From the NCBI RefSeq assembly GCF_022539665.2, contig NC_081331.1:8060001-8124000 (forward strand): 64,000 nucleotides of DNA, in the 5' to 3' direction. The first letter of the stretch is position 1, and the number at the start of each line of letters is the position of its first letter. The position numbers were made by a program, and so were the translations under genes. Below, one piece after another: positions 1 to 10,887 of this stretch. The notes beneath the pieces were generated by a model. The model did not search any database. It was not told the origin of the DNA and was given only the letters and a program-made list of their open reading frames with translations. Source of the stretch: Daphnia carinata. Taxonomy: Eukaryota.

Positions 1-720
1 CCCCAGGTTACAGGTGGAGGCGGCAAAACAGCTAAGGTGGACACTGAAACAACTAACAGAACGTCTGATGAGCAATCACACAGGATGGAGTTGGACGTGA
101 TTGCCTGGGAATTTAACATTAGCTTTGCAGGTGTTTGCGTGAAAGTGAAAATGGAACTACTAGACGTGAGTTACTCCCCGTATACGCATATCATGTTAAA
201 ACCTAATTTCCATTTTTTAGGAAAAGAATATGGCGGATTTTCCAAAGCTGGAAATACCCTCGAAATTATTAGTTTCGAATAGAATCAGTGCGGCAGAAGC
301 TTTGAATTATTTCAAAATAAGAAAGGCGGCAGAAGACGAAATTTGTTTTACCAAGCTTTTGCCTGCAACAGGCATTACTTTGGACGATTACTTAGTATTC
401 TGTTACATGCATGAAAAGAAGGGATTTACCGTTTTAAGGACGACATATGTTCCCGGTCCAGTAAAGCTTTTCTGTTTTATTACTCTAGTCAAAGGAGACT
501 GTTCCACAATGGAATTGGCATCACTGTCACCTCACGTGAAAAGTAACTAGCATTTTTATTCCACAATTTGTTAGTTTATTTTTGTCCTTCAGCGATGTGA
601 TTTTTATGTTTTGCAGTATTAGTAGAAAGCCTGACCCATGATTTATTGATGGGCGTTATTGTGTTAGCAAACAGGAAACTAGACACAAATCATGTCGATG
701 ATAAGTCTACCAATATGCTC

Positions 721-1596
721 CCAAAAAGGTTAGGAAAAGTGTCAACAAAAAATTTAATCAGTTAGCCCTGCACTCACCTTCTTTTCTATTAACAATTGCA
801 GACCTCAGAAAATCCTGACTGTAGAAAAACCATGGACTAATCGGATTCAACAAATCTGCCCGCTACCGAATGAAATCGGATCGAAATCTGAAGCTTACCC
901 TGTAACAGAAGAAACAAACACTGATTTATCAGGCCCTACGAAAAGCTCTGTTAAACGATCAGCATCTACAACCTTAAAACTCAGTTTACCTGCTTCATCT
1001 TCGCTTCCCAAATTACTACCATCATCTGCTTCAACCAATCCGCTAATCTCAGCAGCTTCGTCGTCTGACAGGGAAACGATCAGCAATAGTTCTACGAAAC
1101 CGGAAATCTTGTCCTCATCCACATTAGAGGGTGCTCGTAAGAGAGTCGCAATGAAATCCGAAGATGGAGGGCCAAATAAAAAACCCAGAGTAGATGACGA
1201 GATCGTGCGGTCCTTTTCGAGAATCGCTTTGGCGGATGCCTTATGGATTCCAAAAAGGTTAGGAAAAGTGTCAACAAAAAATTTAATCAGTTAGCCCTGC
1301 ACTCACCTTCTTTTCTATTAACAATTGCAGACCTCAGAAAATCCTGACTGTAGAAAAACCATGTACTAATCGGATTCAACAAATCTGCCCGCTACCGAAT
1401 GAAATCGGATCGAAACCTGAAGCTTACCCTGTACCAGAAGAAACAAACACTGATTTATCAGGCCCTACGAAAAGCTCTGTTAAACGATCAGCATCTACAA
1501 CCTTAAAACTCAGTTTACCTGCTTCATCTTCGCTTCCCAAATTACTACCATCATCTGCTTCAACCAATCCGCTAATCTCAGCAGCTTCGTCGTCTG
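721..1596 (+). repeat. 347-bp direct duplication (721-1067 and 1250-1596) inside a degenerate Ser-rich gene fragment
   Basis: Near-identical blocks, both starting CCAAAAAGGTTAGGAAAAGTG and ending GCTTCGTCGTCTG. Confidence 0.9.
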
Positions 1597-1642
1597 TTCG
1601 TTGGCGTTCAACATTCGTAGGTGAAATGCTGGAATTGTCTTC

Positions 1643-1868
1643 TCGTCCGAGGAATCGTCCGAGGAATCGCCGTCGTCCGAGGAATCGCCGTCGTCCGAGG
1701 AATCGTCGTCGTCCGAGGAATCGTCGTCGTCCGAGGAATCGTCGTCGTCCGAGGAATCGCCGTCGTCCGAGGAATCGCCGTCGTCCGAGGAATCGCCGTC
1801 GTTCGAGGAATCGCCGTCGTTCGAGGAATCGTCGTCGTCCGAGGCTCGTCGTCGTCCAAGGAATCGCC
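1643..1868. repeat. 18-bp GC-rich minisatellite, about 11 copies
   Basis: Unit CGTCGTCCGAGGAATCG(C/T) in tandem; it produces the repetitive ORFs in several frames. Confidence 0.95.
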
Positions 1869-4786
1869 AGAGAACAACTAAGGAAGCGCTTTTGTACCTT
1901 TCCTTCCTTCTGGATCCTTCGTCTTCGCGCTAAAGACAGAAACACGCAATGTGTACCTGCTTGACATTTTTTAATGTTACGTTTCAAAATTCTATTCCAT
2001 TCCATGTCGCTACCGTCGCATCGTAAGCGAATGCTCCGCTTTTTAAAATGATCACAGTAATGCTTCTCTTTTAAAGTCAAGACCAGGAGCATTTTTTTGG
2101 AAACGTAGAAAACAAAATTGATTTCCCAGTGAGTTTAGATTTAGATTTTGAAGTCTATCTACAATATTCTTTTTAAAACTTACAAACTCGCATTGCCTAT
2201 TCAAAATTTCGTCATTCATTTTTCGTTGTTATTATCACAATATTTTTCCTGTTTAGTCAACTGGAGTAATATATACAAATTCTATCGTATTCTTATTTCT
2301 CGAGTATCGCCTTTCCGTTCTATCTTCCTCTTTAGAGGATGTCTTTTGTCTATTGTTAATGTTATGGTTACTTTCAGCAGCTAAGCCTTGCTTCACGTAC
2401 GGTAAAATTCTATTTCTATTAACGTGTTTGAAACTAGGAAGAAAGGTAATGTAACCTTCATATGCTTGCACGTACATTTGGCTTTCTCTGCAGCATTTTC
2501 TGTGCCTAATTCTTTATTTTTTTATGTTTGCTAGCAGGGTGATTTGCAATCTTCTCTAAACTGGCCACGAAAGTCCGATTCTAGCTACACCGTTTGTTGG
2601 AAACCGTATTGAGAAACCAACTGCCTGCATGTCTCAAGATAAGGTTGGTTTACTATTAGAGACCTTAAAATTCATGTGATAAAAGTTTCTTTTATTGTTC
2701 GTGCAAGGGAATTTGGAGCTACAATGCCGGAGTAGTTCAAGCCTTGTTATCGTCTGTTGCTTTTTCTGTAAGTCATCAATTCTGGATCAACTCAAATTTT
2801 GATTGTACTTTTACGGGACACACTGTTTGATGGTTAAGATGCCCTTGGAGCGCTTTCCTCTTAGGGACATTTGTTCCAAATATGCAAAGCATAAAGCGAA
2901 ATTCAAATCTTCTAGAAGAGTCTTCTCAAGGTGCCAAAATGTTCAGTTTGTCACTTTCTACTCAAACTATTATTTTTATTTTTATTCTTTCAGGATCTGT
3001 CAACTCCTCATAGAAATTACACTATCGCGAAGGTGTATGTTTATGATTTGCTTGACATGATTTGTCGTGGTCCTAAATCACCGTGGGAAGCCCCGATTAA
3101 ACTGCAACATTTATCTTCCAACGTCGCTCTTTACGTCATATGTGTCGGGATGACGAGGAGTAGCCTTGAGGAAAAGAATGTAGAGTTGACTGCATTGAAA
3201 CTTCAAACTTCTGTGTCTTAAAGGTAAGCTCTTCATATTTCCCTAAAAATAATGTAACGGTCATTTTCCGAAAATGCCTAACACCAGCATCAGTCCTGAT
3301 ATCTGATAGATACTAATTGGTTCCTCTAAACGTGGTTAATTTATGTTTCCCGAAGAACTTACCCAATGTTTCTTTTATTACTTAAAGGTTAGCACAATAG
3401 TGAGTTTCATTGCATCTTTTGTGATTTTATTAGGGACACCTAAACCAATTTGTTTTGTTCACAAGTAGAGGAAATCATTGCATTCCATTGTAATACTGGT
3501 TTAGCGTTCAGTTGCAATTTTTATATTAAGCATGATCCCTGCAAAACGGAATTCGTATGCAGGAATGTTCTTTTATTGAACCCCACCAACATAAAGAATT
3601 GCCCTTTTTGTCGTAAGTCTAAGAATACCATTCGCGCCCTGCACCCAATAACCCTTGTAGCGCTTTACTATCAGTGGTTTTTGGTGTCGTTAGGTACATG
3701 CGTCAGCGCATTCCCCTTTTCCAGCGATGCCCGAGATTGTTTATGTTTCGTATCCCTCATCACCAATTTGACGGATAGGCAAGAAGTATGAAGATTTCTT
3801 TTATTGTCCTGCCAAGTATTGCTATGAATGTGCGTACTTGTCAACGCTAATGAATTTCCAGCTCTGTGTTTCGTTTTGCCATGTCTAGTGAATCTGTGTC
3901 AGGCCAACGGCCTTTCTACGTCTTCGGCAGAACACAATTTCATATCGTAATTGAATAGATCTGTATCTGTATTTGTGGAAGAGGCCAAAAAGAGATTGTG
4001 GCGAGTATTTATGAAACTGCTAGTACTCTACTGTGTCTGAGATGCTCACTCGACTGGCTTCAACCTTCGATATGGCCTCATTTTATAGCAGCTACTGCCA
4101 CCCTGATTCATCGCTTTGGCCCAGGGGCAACAAGAAGTTGAATTTTTTTGAATATCCAGTATTCTTACCCCACCTCTGTTGTACTGTATGGTGTAGTGAA
4201 TAACCGTCTCAGGCTGCGTTTCCACCGCTAGCGGGGAATTTCAAAATTTCCAATTGAAAATACGCGGAAAGCAACATCTAGGTTTCACTGAATAGTCGCC
4301 GAATAATCCTAAAGAACAGCAATCAGTCTATTTAGATACAAACAAAAGGTTTTATTGAAACTGAGTTGTATTATTCTTTAGGACAAGAGATTTGGGGTGC
4401 ACTTGTACAAGAACGACATACATTTCTCTGCATGGGTTTTTTTTTTCGTTTTCTTCTATGTTCTTCTTGTTCTCTATATTTTTCTTTCCGTTCTTGGTCT
4501 ACTGCGGGTTTTTTTTTCAACTCACGCAAAAAAAAAAAATCATTCCCTTTGTTCTTTTAGCTAAAGGTTGGTCCAGTATTTTAACAGACCACGCACAGTG
4601 GGAAAGCGGTGGGAAAAAAAGGCAAAATGAAAAATACTTACATCCATGACTATAAAACAGGAATAGTAAAGAGATCACAAAGTGGATTTGACAGAAATAA
4701 AATGATAAGGTGTGTCTTCAATATTAGTTTGCCCTGCTTGATAACATAGTTCAAAATAGTCCATGGACTAGTTGGCTGTTAGTCAA

Positions 4787-5884
4787 TTAGTCATCGTCAC
4801 GAAGCAACTTTTCATCGATGCAAAATTCATCACCCGAATCACTTGATGACGATTCGAGTTGTTCTTCGTCGAATGCGAATTCTGAATAAATCAAAATCAA
4901 AATATTTCAGCAATACACCTGATTTTTTGTTAATAAAAAAAGCTTCCTACTTGGGTCTACTCTTGGCTCCAATTGCTGCTCATCGTCTGACGAATTATTA
5001 ATCAACCAATAGTCAAAATCACGAGTCAGCCAAGGTTGCTTTAAGGCGGATTGCATGAAGCGGATCTATGTTGAACCTATTTCTTGCTTCCGGAGCGTCG
5101 CTTTTACTCCGCAACTAACGATGCAATGGGAGCTTTTTTCTGGAACTATGTAGCCATACGTGAACGTGTTCAGTTCATATCTACGCCGAATTGTAAAACG
5201 ACACAATGGTTAAGGTAATACATTTCAACACGTTAACATTGTATCGCAAAAGATTACTACCTCAATCCATTAACATCGGCCACGAAGCTCAAATGGTTCT
5301 CCGAAAGTTCAATGGTATAATCGCTCAGGTGGCCCACAACGAACGTTACACAAACATCCTATTGAAATACGAAAATGTCTATGTTTTGACAATTTATGAT
5401 CACATGTGCCCATTTCGTTGTAGGGAAGCGACTCAAAACTGTCCTTCAAAGGCTTCGTGTAACCGATTAGCGCTAAATTTGATTTCCATGTACAATTTGC
5501 TGCACCACCAGCTTCTCTTCTGATGCTGGGCCACTTTCACCAGATGCCTCGTCAGATCGACGAGAATCGGTATTTGAGTTAGTATCGTCACTTTCTTGAG
5601 ATTTCGGAAAGAGGTCAATCCAACCAGGCGAAACATCAAATTTCAGGTCATCTTCTGCATCGTCCAGGTGTTGCGATTTGCACATTTTGCCTCGTAACTC
5701 ATTTTCTTCAGCCTCCTTCTTGATTGCAGCCGAGTTGCGTTCGATTGCACGAAAATCTTCATCGTTTTCTAGCGAAATGGCATAATTTTGCTCTATCAAT
5801 TGTTGAGCTAAATTTTGGGGCTCGCTTCCTTCGCGGTTTATCAGTGTAACATGGTAGTGCGGCCCTTTCGTCACTTCATCAGGA
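4787..5884 (-). pseudogene. C-terminal fragment of a TDRD12-like gene (end of extended Tudor fold plus CS/p23 domain)
   Basis: Spliced translation: YHVTLINREG..NLAQQLIEQNYA ... FPTTKW / DVCVTFVVGHLSDYTIELSENHLSFVADVNG / YELNTFTYGYIVPEKS..TLRKQEIGST*IRF..KQPWLTRDFDYW, then an acidic tail. GT-AG introns and in-frame stops. Confidence 0.65.
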
Positions 5885-6704
5885 ACTGTGGAGCGGCGTA
5901 AGTTGTGGTGTAGTATTCAGCAGCCTCTAGTATTGAGGAGCCTCTGTGTAGTAAAACGGGGCAGCATAAGTTGTGGTGTAGTAGGTAGGTTCCACGTAGT
6001 ACGAAGTAGCAGCCGTGGTGTAGTAACTTGGGGCAGCGTAAGACTTCGGGGCTTCAGTGTAGTATGTCGGCTCGGCGTGGTACGACGGGGCAGCTGCCGT
6101 GTAGTAAGTTGGAGCTACATAAGATTTGGCTGCTTCTGTTGTGTGATAGGCAACTGCAGTGGTGGTCTAGCTGGGCGCAGCATAATATGTAGGGGGAGCT
6201 TCAGTATAGTAGCTCGGTGTGGCGTATGTCGTTGTGTAGTACGTCGGCGCAGCATACGTAGTTGTGTAATAAGAGGCTGTAGTGTAGTATTCCGGCGATT
6301 TGGTCGTATAGTATTGCGGAGGCTTGGTGTAGTAGCTGGAGGCAGCATATGTTGGTGTATAATACTCGGTCTTCTTTGTTGTGTAGTATTCGGGAGCCTT
6401 GGTGGTGTAGTAACTTGGAGCAGCATAGGTTGTGGTGTAGTAAGGCGCTGAATTGGTGCAGTATGCAGAAGAAGACGAACCCATTGGTCCACCCATGGCC
6501 TGTCCAGCCATCACAGAGACAACGGCCAACAGCGGCATCGCGCCGTAGTTAGCTGAAATTAAGATAATATACACACATAAATCTCTTGCCCCAATTGAGC
6601 ACAGCGAAAACACACACCAATTTATTACAATTGATTGAAACTAAAATTGATCACAGGTTTAATTCCTACGACTATATAGTAAAATTCAACATTAAATTAC
6701 CCAT
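5885..6704 (-). pseudogene. Secreted Tyr/Thr/Ala/Pro-rich repeat protein (YYTTTYAAPSYYTEAP family), copy 1
   Basis: ATG G|GTAAT micro-exon at 6704, signal-peptide exon ANYGAMPLLAVVSVMAGQAM, YYT repeats, premature TAG at 6167-6169. Confidence 0.8.
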
Positions 6705-6861
6705 AATTACAAAGTTGGAAAACACGATGTGAATAACCGATGGGAATTGTAGTACTGCTCTTGCTCAGTCGAAATGGTTTACTAGACTGAATCAAATTAT
6801 GTTTGTCCTCTCACTTTACTGCGTCCAAACTCACCCTGTTTCGATTGACTAGCCCTGCGGG

Positions 6862-7270
6862 TTACGACACGCGCACCTGACAGGTAGTGACGGCCAGTTG
6901 CCTCAGGGCTGCGTTTTCTACTACCTGGTCGCGCAATGCCGCCATTAACTCGTTGTGTTGCTGTTGCTGTGGCTGCTGAGCACGCTCTTGGGCAATGCCG
7001 GCTGTAAACTGGGCCAGAGCGGCAGTCAGTGCAGGATCCATGGCTGCAGTTGGCTTCTGTGGCTCTACTTCTGATTTTGGCTTTTCCTCGACCGGCGATA
7101 GATTAAATACAATGCTTCCCCTCGGGGACGCTACGCTAGGTGCTACAAGCCTGACCCTAGACACCTGCGTTTCCTTGGATGGTGAGCCCCCAGGATGGCC
7201 CGGAACCACGTGTCCTAATGTGGTAGCAAGGACGGTCGAAACGCTCTACCAACTCTTTCTTCGGAGGCAT
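6862..7270 (-). mobile_element. Possible N-terminal gag fragment of another LTR retrotransposon
   Basis: MPPKKE..RTRGSG start and MDPALTAALAQFTAGIAQERAQQ coiled-coil-like segment, frameshifted and truncated; no diagnostic motif. Confidence 0.4.
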
Positions 7271-8030
7271 GCGACACTCCCGATAAAAAAAAAACAAAAA
7301 ACCACGCACAAACACACAAACAAACAAAAAAATAAACAAAGCAAAAACAAAAAAAGGAAACAAAGCTAAATGATTACTAGCTGCTAATTATCCACCATGG
7401 AACATACCATCACCTAACCCACCAAATGACTCCACGCTTAACAATAGGAAAACGCAATGAAAGCAGAATTCAAAATTTACGCAACGGAGAACGGTCAATA
7501 ACCAGGGTACGAGCACCAACCTAAAAAACGTACAAGAAATGGGAAGATTAATCAGCGGGGAGTTAAGATGTCGAGGATATAACTAGATATTGCCGCGTGT
7601 CCAACACCTTCCTCAGCCGCACCATGTCTGTCACAATTTGCCGGCCGTTGTCGCGTGGTTTCCGAATGGCGGCGCGGATACACTTACCTTCATACAAATT
7701 ACACAGCAAGAAAATATCTTCTGGGCGTAAGCTATTGCTGAACAAACGTGCGAAAGTGAAAATCAGAATTGTTCATCAGCGTTCATAAGGTTAAACTTCA
7801 AATTGATGCTGGAAGTAGTTTAACAAGGTCCAGGTTGAAACTCAACTAGAAGAAAATGGATTCTACCGGGCGAGCACGAGGCCGTTCCCGTGGAAGGGGA
7901 CGTGGAGAGGAAGGATTGGATACCTTGACTATCTATCATTGTGGGAAATACGCCTCCGAGCTCGTTATTATTTCCTTTTGTCTTAAATACCGTAAAGTCA
8001 GTCTTCCCACAAGGAAGATACTTTACATAA

Positions 8031-8041
8031 TGGTGGCAGCG
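8031..8041 (+). promoter_or_regulatory. Primer-binding site, tRNA-Leu type
   Basis: TGGTGGCAGCG 3 nt after the LTR end, complementary to the 3' end (CGCUGCCA-CCA) of eukaryotic tRNA-Leu(AAG). The same PBS is in element 2. Confidence 0.8.
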
Positions 8042-8062
8042 TTTTTCAGGAGCTCTACCACA

Positions 8063-10857
8063 ATGATGGACGATGTTATGTCAGGTGGGCATAAACTTTC
8101 TCGTACACCTTTGAACACCCCGCTTATTCCTGTAACACCCGTAGTGCAAATCAATGACGAAACGATAGCTAAGTTCATTAGTTTCGAAAAATTGTCAGCT
8201 TCTTCCACGACCGTTCCGCATACATTGCAAGGCTGTCAGCCGTCAGAAAAGGAACAGTAGATGTTAAGCAGTCGGCTTTTCCCATTTTAACTCCCAAAGT
8301 GCAGACAGATAACACCCAGTTGAAGAAATTGAGGTCTAACACGGCGTATGAGGCCGTATCTCCATTAGTTAAGCCTACCGCTAGGAGAATTTGGCCTGGT
8401 AGCAAAGCTTCCGTTACACCTACTCAAACCGTTCCGTCTGTTTATGCAAGATTAGCTTCTCGTTTTTCCCCCATAAAATCACCTGTGGGAAACACATCAA
8501 AGACTAGTTTTCTCTCGAGCACTCTTTAAGCTTTTTCCAAAAGAAAAGCCCAGTGAATGGACGGTCAACCCAAAGTGAGTCTCCATCACCTATACCACGA
8601 GATCACGACCAACCAATCGAGAATATTCCCGGCACCAACGAGTCAGTTACCGTCCCTACTACTGACGCTCAGGTACCTCAAGGAGAGGGAATTGGATTTC
8701 CAGTCAACCAATCCATTAATTTGGGAACAACTACGATCGTTGATGCAAACAATCCGGCTGCGGTACCAATACCAAGCCAACGTGACAACGGATTTGAAAA
8801 ACCCGAAGACACTCCTGAAAGCCTTGGGAGCAGTCCTTGAAACGATAGCAATTGGACAAACCAGGACAACGGCACAGGTTGCGGAGAACCAAGTGGCCGC
8901 GCTGACAGCAATCTTCACAACCTATGCGAGGGAGTTTACGATTTACCTACTAGGACAGACTTACAACATCGTCGAGTTACTGACATACACGCCGGCGAAG
9001 GACAAGGACCTGTTCAACTTTGTCCCCCAGGAAAGCTTGCTCAACAACCTCGAGGACAGGACATATTCCCTACTCGCAATCGAGATAGCGCAGTTCTCAA
9101 CCTACCTAAAGGACACCCTGCGGGAGTACCAGCTGAAGTTCCTCAAGGACATCCTCCACCTGGTCCCTTACCGAAGAAAAGTTCAGCCCATAAGCAGTTT
9201 GGAGGGATTATTGCCGGAACTGACATCGCTTCAGACCAAATTAAACAACTTCCAGACATCGGTGCAACCGGACGGGCAGCGAATAACGAAGGAAATCAGG
9301 GAAACACTCATTCCGGCTACCAACGAATTGAGACAGTTGCTATCATACATTCCGAGGACCCAGGAAGAACAGCAAACCACGCCGAGTCCGCAGGAATCGC
9401 CGCTGTCGGAACGCATTCCGAAGAGAAGGCGAGCACGCCAAAGAAACCGGCCTTCCAACCAGTCACGCACTCAACACCCTCCTCAAGCCCAGCAATCCAA
9501 TCAGCAGGAAGATCTGATAGCGCAACTGAGGCGATTACGAACAGCATTTCAGGACACCCTCAGAATTCACGGCGAAAGACGTCGAATCCTCTCATATTCG
9601 ATCCCGACATGGCCAAATCTTGTTCTCCTTCACGGGCTGCCACAGTCAACGACTTAAATGATTTTCAGACAAACCAACACACTTTTTCGCGCCTACAATT
9701 GCTTCCTTCCTTTTCGGGAAGTCCAATTTCTCGTTTTGACTCTTGGCTAGAATCTTTTGAAAGCATAGTTGATGGGGCAGCATGGTCAGAAGAAAAGATT
9801 ATTCAGATGCTGCGAGCTAAAATAACAGATAAGGCTTTTTCAGTACTTCAAAACATTATCAGGCAGCATCCGCATGATTATGCGTCTATTAAAGAAGCGT
9901 TACTTGATCACTTTCATGGGGATGAAAACGTCGATGTCTATATAAAAAAATTCAATAAGGCTAAACGCAAACCAGGCGAAAAAATTGTCGACTATGCGCA
10001 TCGCTTGCACGAGATTTTTAAGAAGGCGTATCCAGCGGGTTATGCAGAGAAATCGTTCACGATAATCCTTATGCAAAAATTTATCGAGGGGTTGGATTCC
10101 AAATTACAGGCCAAAGTACGTTATAAAGAATTTCGCGATTTTACCGAGCTTGTAGCATCAACGCGTATTTATGCCGTTCGTTTGGAAGCTTTAGAGACAG
10201 ATCGGGAAAAACATGAGTTTGTTAGAGCAATCGATGGATCGTGTGACACAAAACATTCAGATTTGACGGAACTCAAGCAAATGTTAATCGACCAGAAGGA
10301 AATAGTCAATAATGTCGTTGCTAATATTAGTCAAGGGAATAAAAATGCGGAGAGCCCGAAAGAAAACAGGGAAGACATTAGGGATGTTCTTCAGGAACTC
10401 ACGCAAGCAGTCAAACAGCTCCAAAGGGACAAGAAAGATTATTCTTCTTCTCCAACAGGCAACCCTTATAAGAAACAAGTTTCGTTCCAAACCAATAGCG
10501 GCAATCAAGACAGAAATTGGAGACCTCCTCCTCATCGACCCAATAATAACACCAATTCTTACCAAAATCCGGGATTCTCTAATAGACCTACACAGTCCAC
10601 GTCCTCGTTTTCCAGACCTTTTATTGATTCGAGAAATCGGCCTACTCAAAATGGAATAACTTGCAATTTCTGCGGTTTTCGTGGGCATACACAATCGGAA
10701 TGCCGTAAATTCCAACGACATAATTTAGAACAAGCACAGCCTCCAATTTGTTATTCTTGTCGTGAAATCGGACACAAATCGAATAACTGTCCTAAGTTCA
10801 GGAGCTCCGATAGGCCGAATATTCCAGGTCCCCCCTCAGCGTCAGGGAAACCAATAG
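8063..10857 (+). pseudogene. gag: gag of element 1 (long N-terminal extension, capsid-like region, two CCHC knuckles), disrupted
   Basis: KLSRTP, KLRSNTAYEAV and NGRSTQSES align to the element 2 gag across two frameshifts and a TGA at 8838-8840. Knuckles CNFCGFRGHTQSEC and CYSCREIGHKSNNC. Confidence 0.85.
8557..9657 (+). CDS. Overprinted ORF (366 aa) in the +1 frame of the gag extension, unknown function
   Basis: ATG-initiated; clearly homologous to 44616-45647(-) in element 2 (SQLP.LLLTL..LKERE.DFQS..P.IW; L.GQ.YN; F.FVP; R.AFQ..LRIH). Confidence 0.75.
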   Translation: MDGQPKVSLHHLYHEITTNQSRIFPAPTSQLPSLLLTLRYLKERELDFQSTNPLIWEQLRSLMQTIRLRYQYQANVTTDLKNPKTLLKALGAVLETIAIGQTRTTAQVAENQVAALTAIFTTYAREFTIYLLGQTYNIVELLTYTPAKDKDLFNFVPQESLLNNLEDRTYSLLAIEIAQFSTYLKDTLREYQLKFLKDILHLVPYRRKVQPISSLEGLLPELTSLQTKLNNFQTSVQPDGQRITKEIRETLIPATNELRQLLSYIPRTQEEQQTTPSPQESPLSERIPKRRRARQRNRPSNQSRTQHPPQAQQSNQQEDLIAQLRRLRTAFQDTLRIHGERRRILSYSIPTWPNLVLLHGLPQSTT

Positions 10858-10887
10858 ATATCAACTGTAACTTCGGGTCAGTTGATA
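10845..10887 (+). promoter_or_regulatory. -1 ribosomal frameshift signal at the gag-pol junction
   Basis: G GGA AAC heptamer, 7-nt spacer, 9-bp stem TATCAACTG/CAGTTGATA. Confidence 0.8.

Noticed and set aside
1643..1868. CRISPR-like array
   Set aside because: Tandem units have no unique spacers; eukaryotic context and no cas genes.
1424..2092. Arg-rich protamine-like ORFs
   Set aside because: Produced by the stop-free 18-bp minisatellite; no independent coding evidence.
5888..6492. Val/Cys/Arg-rich and alternate-frame ORFs
   Set aside because: Antisense or shifted shadows of the YYT repeat gene.
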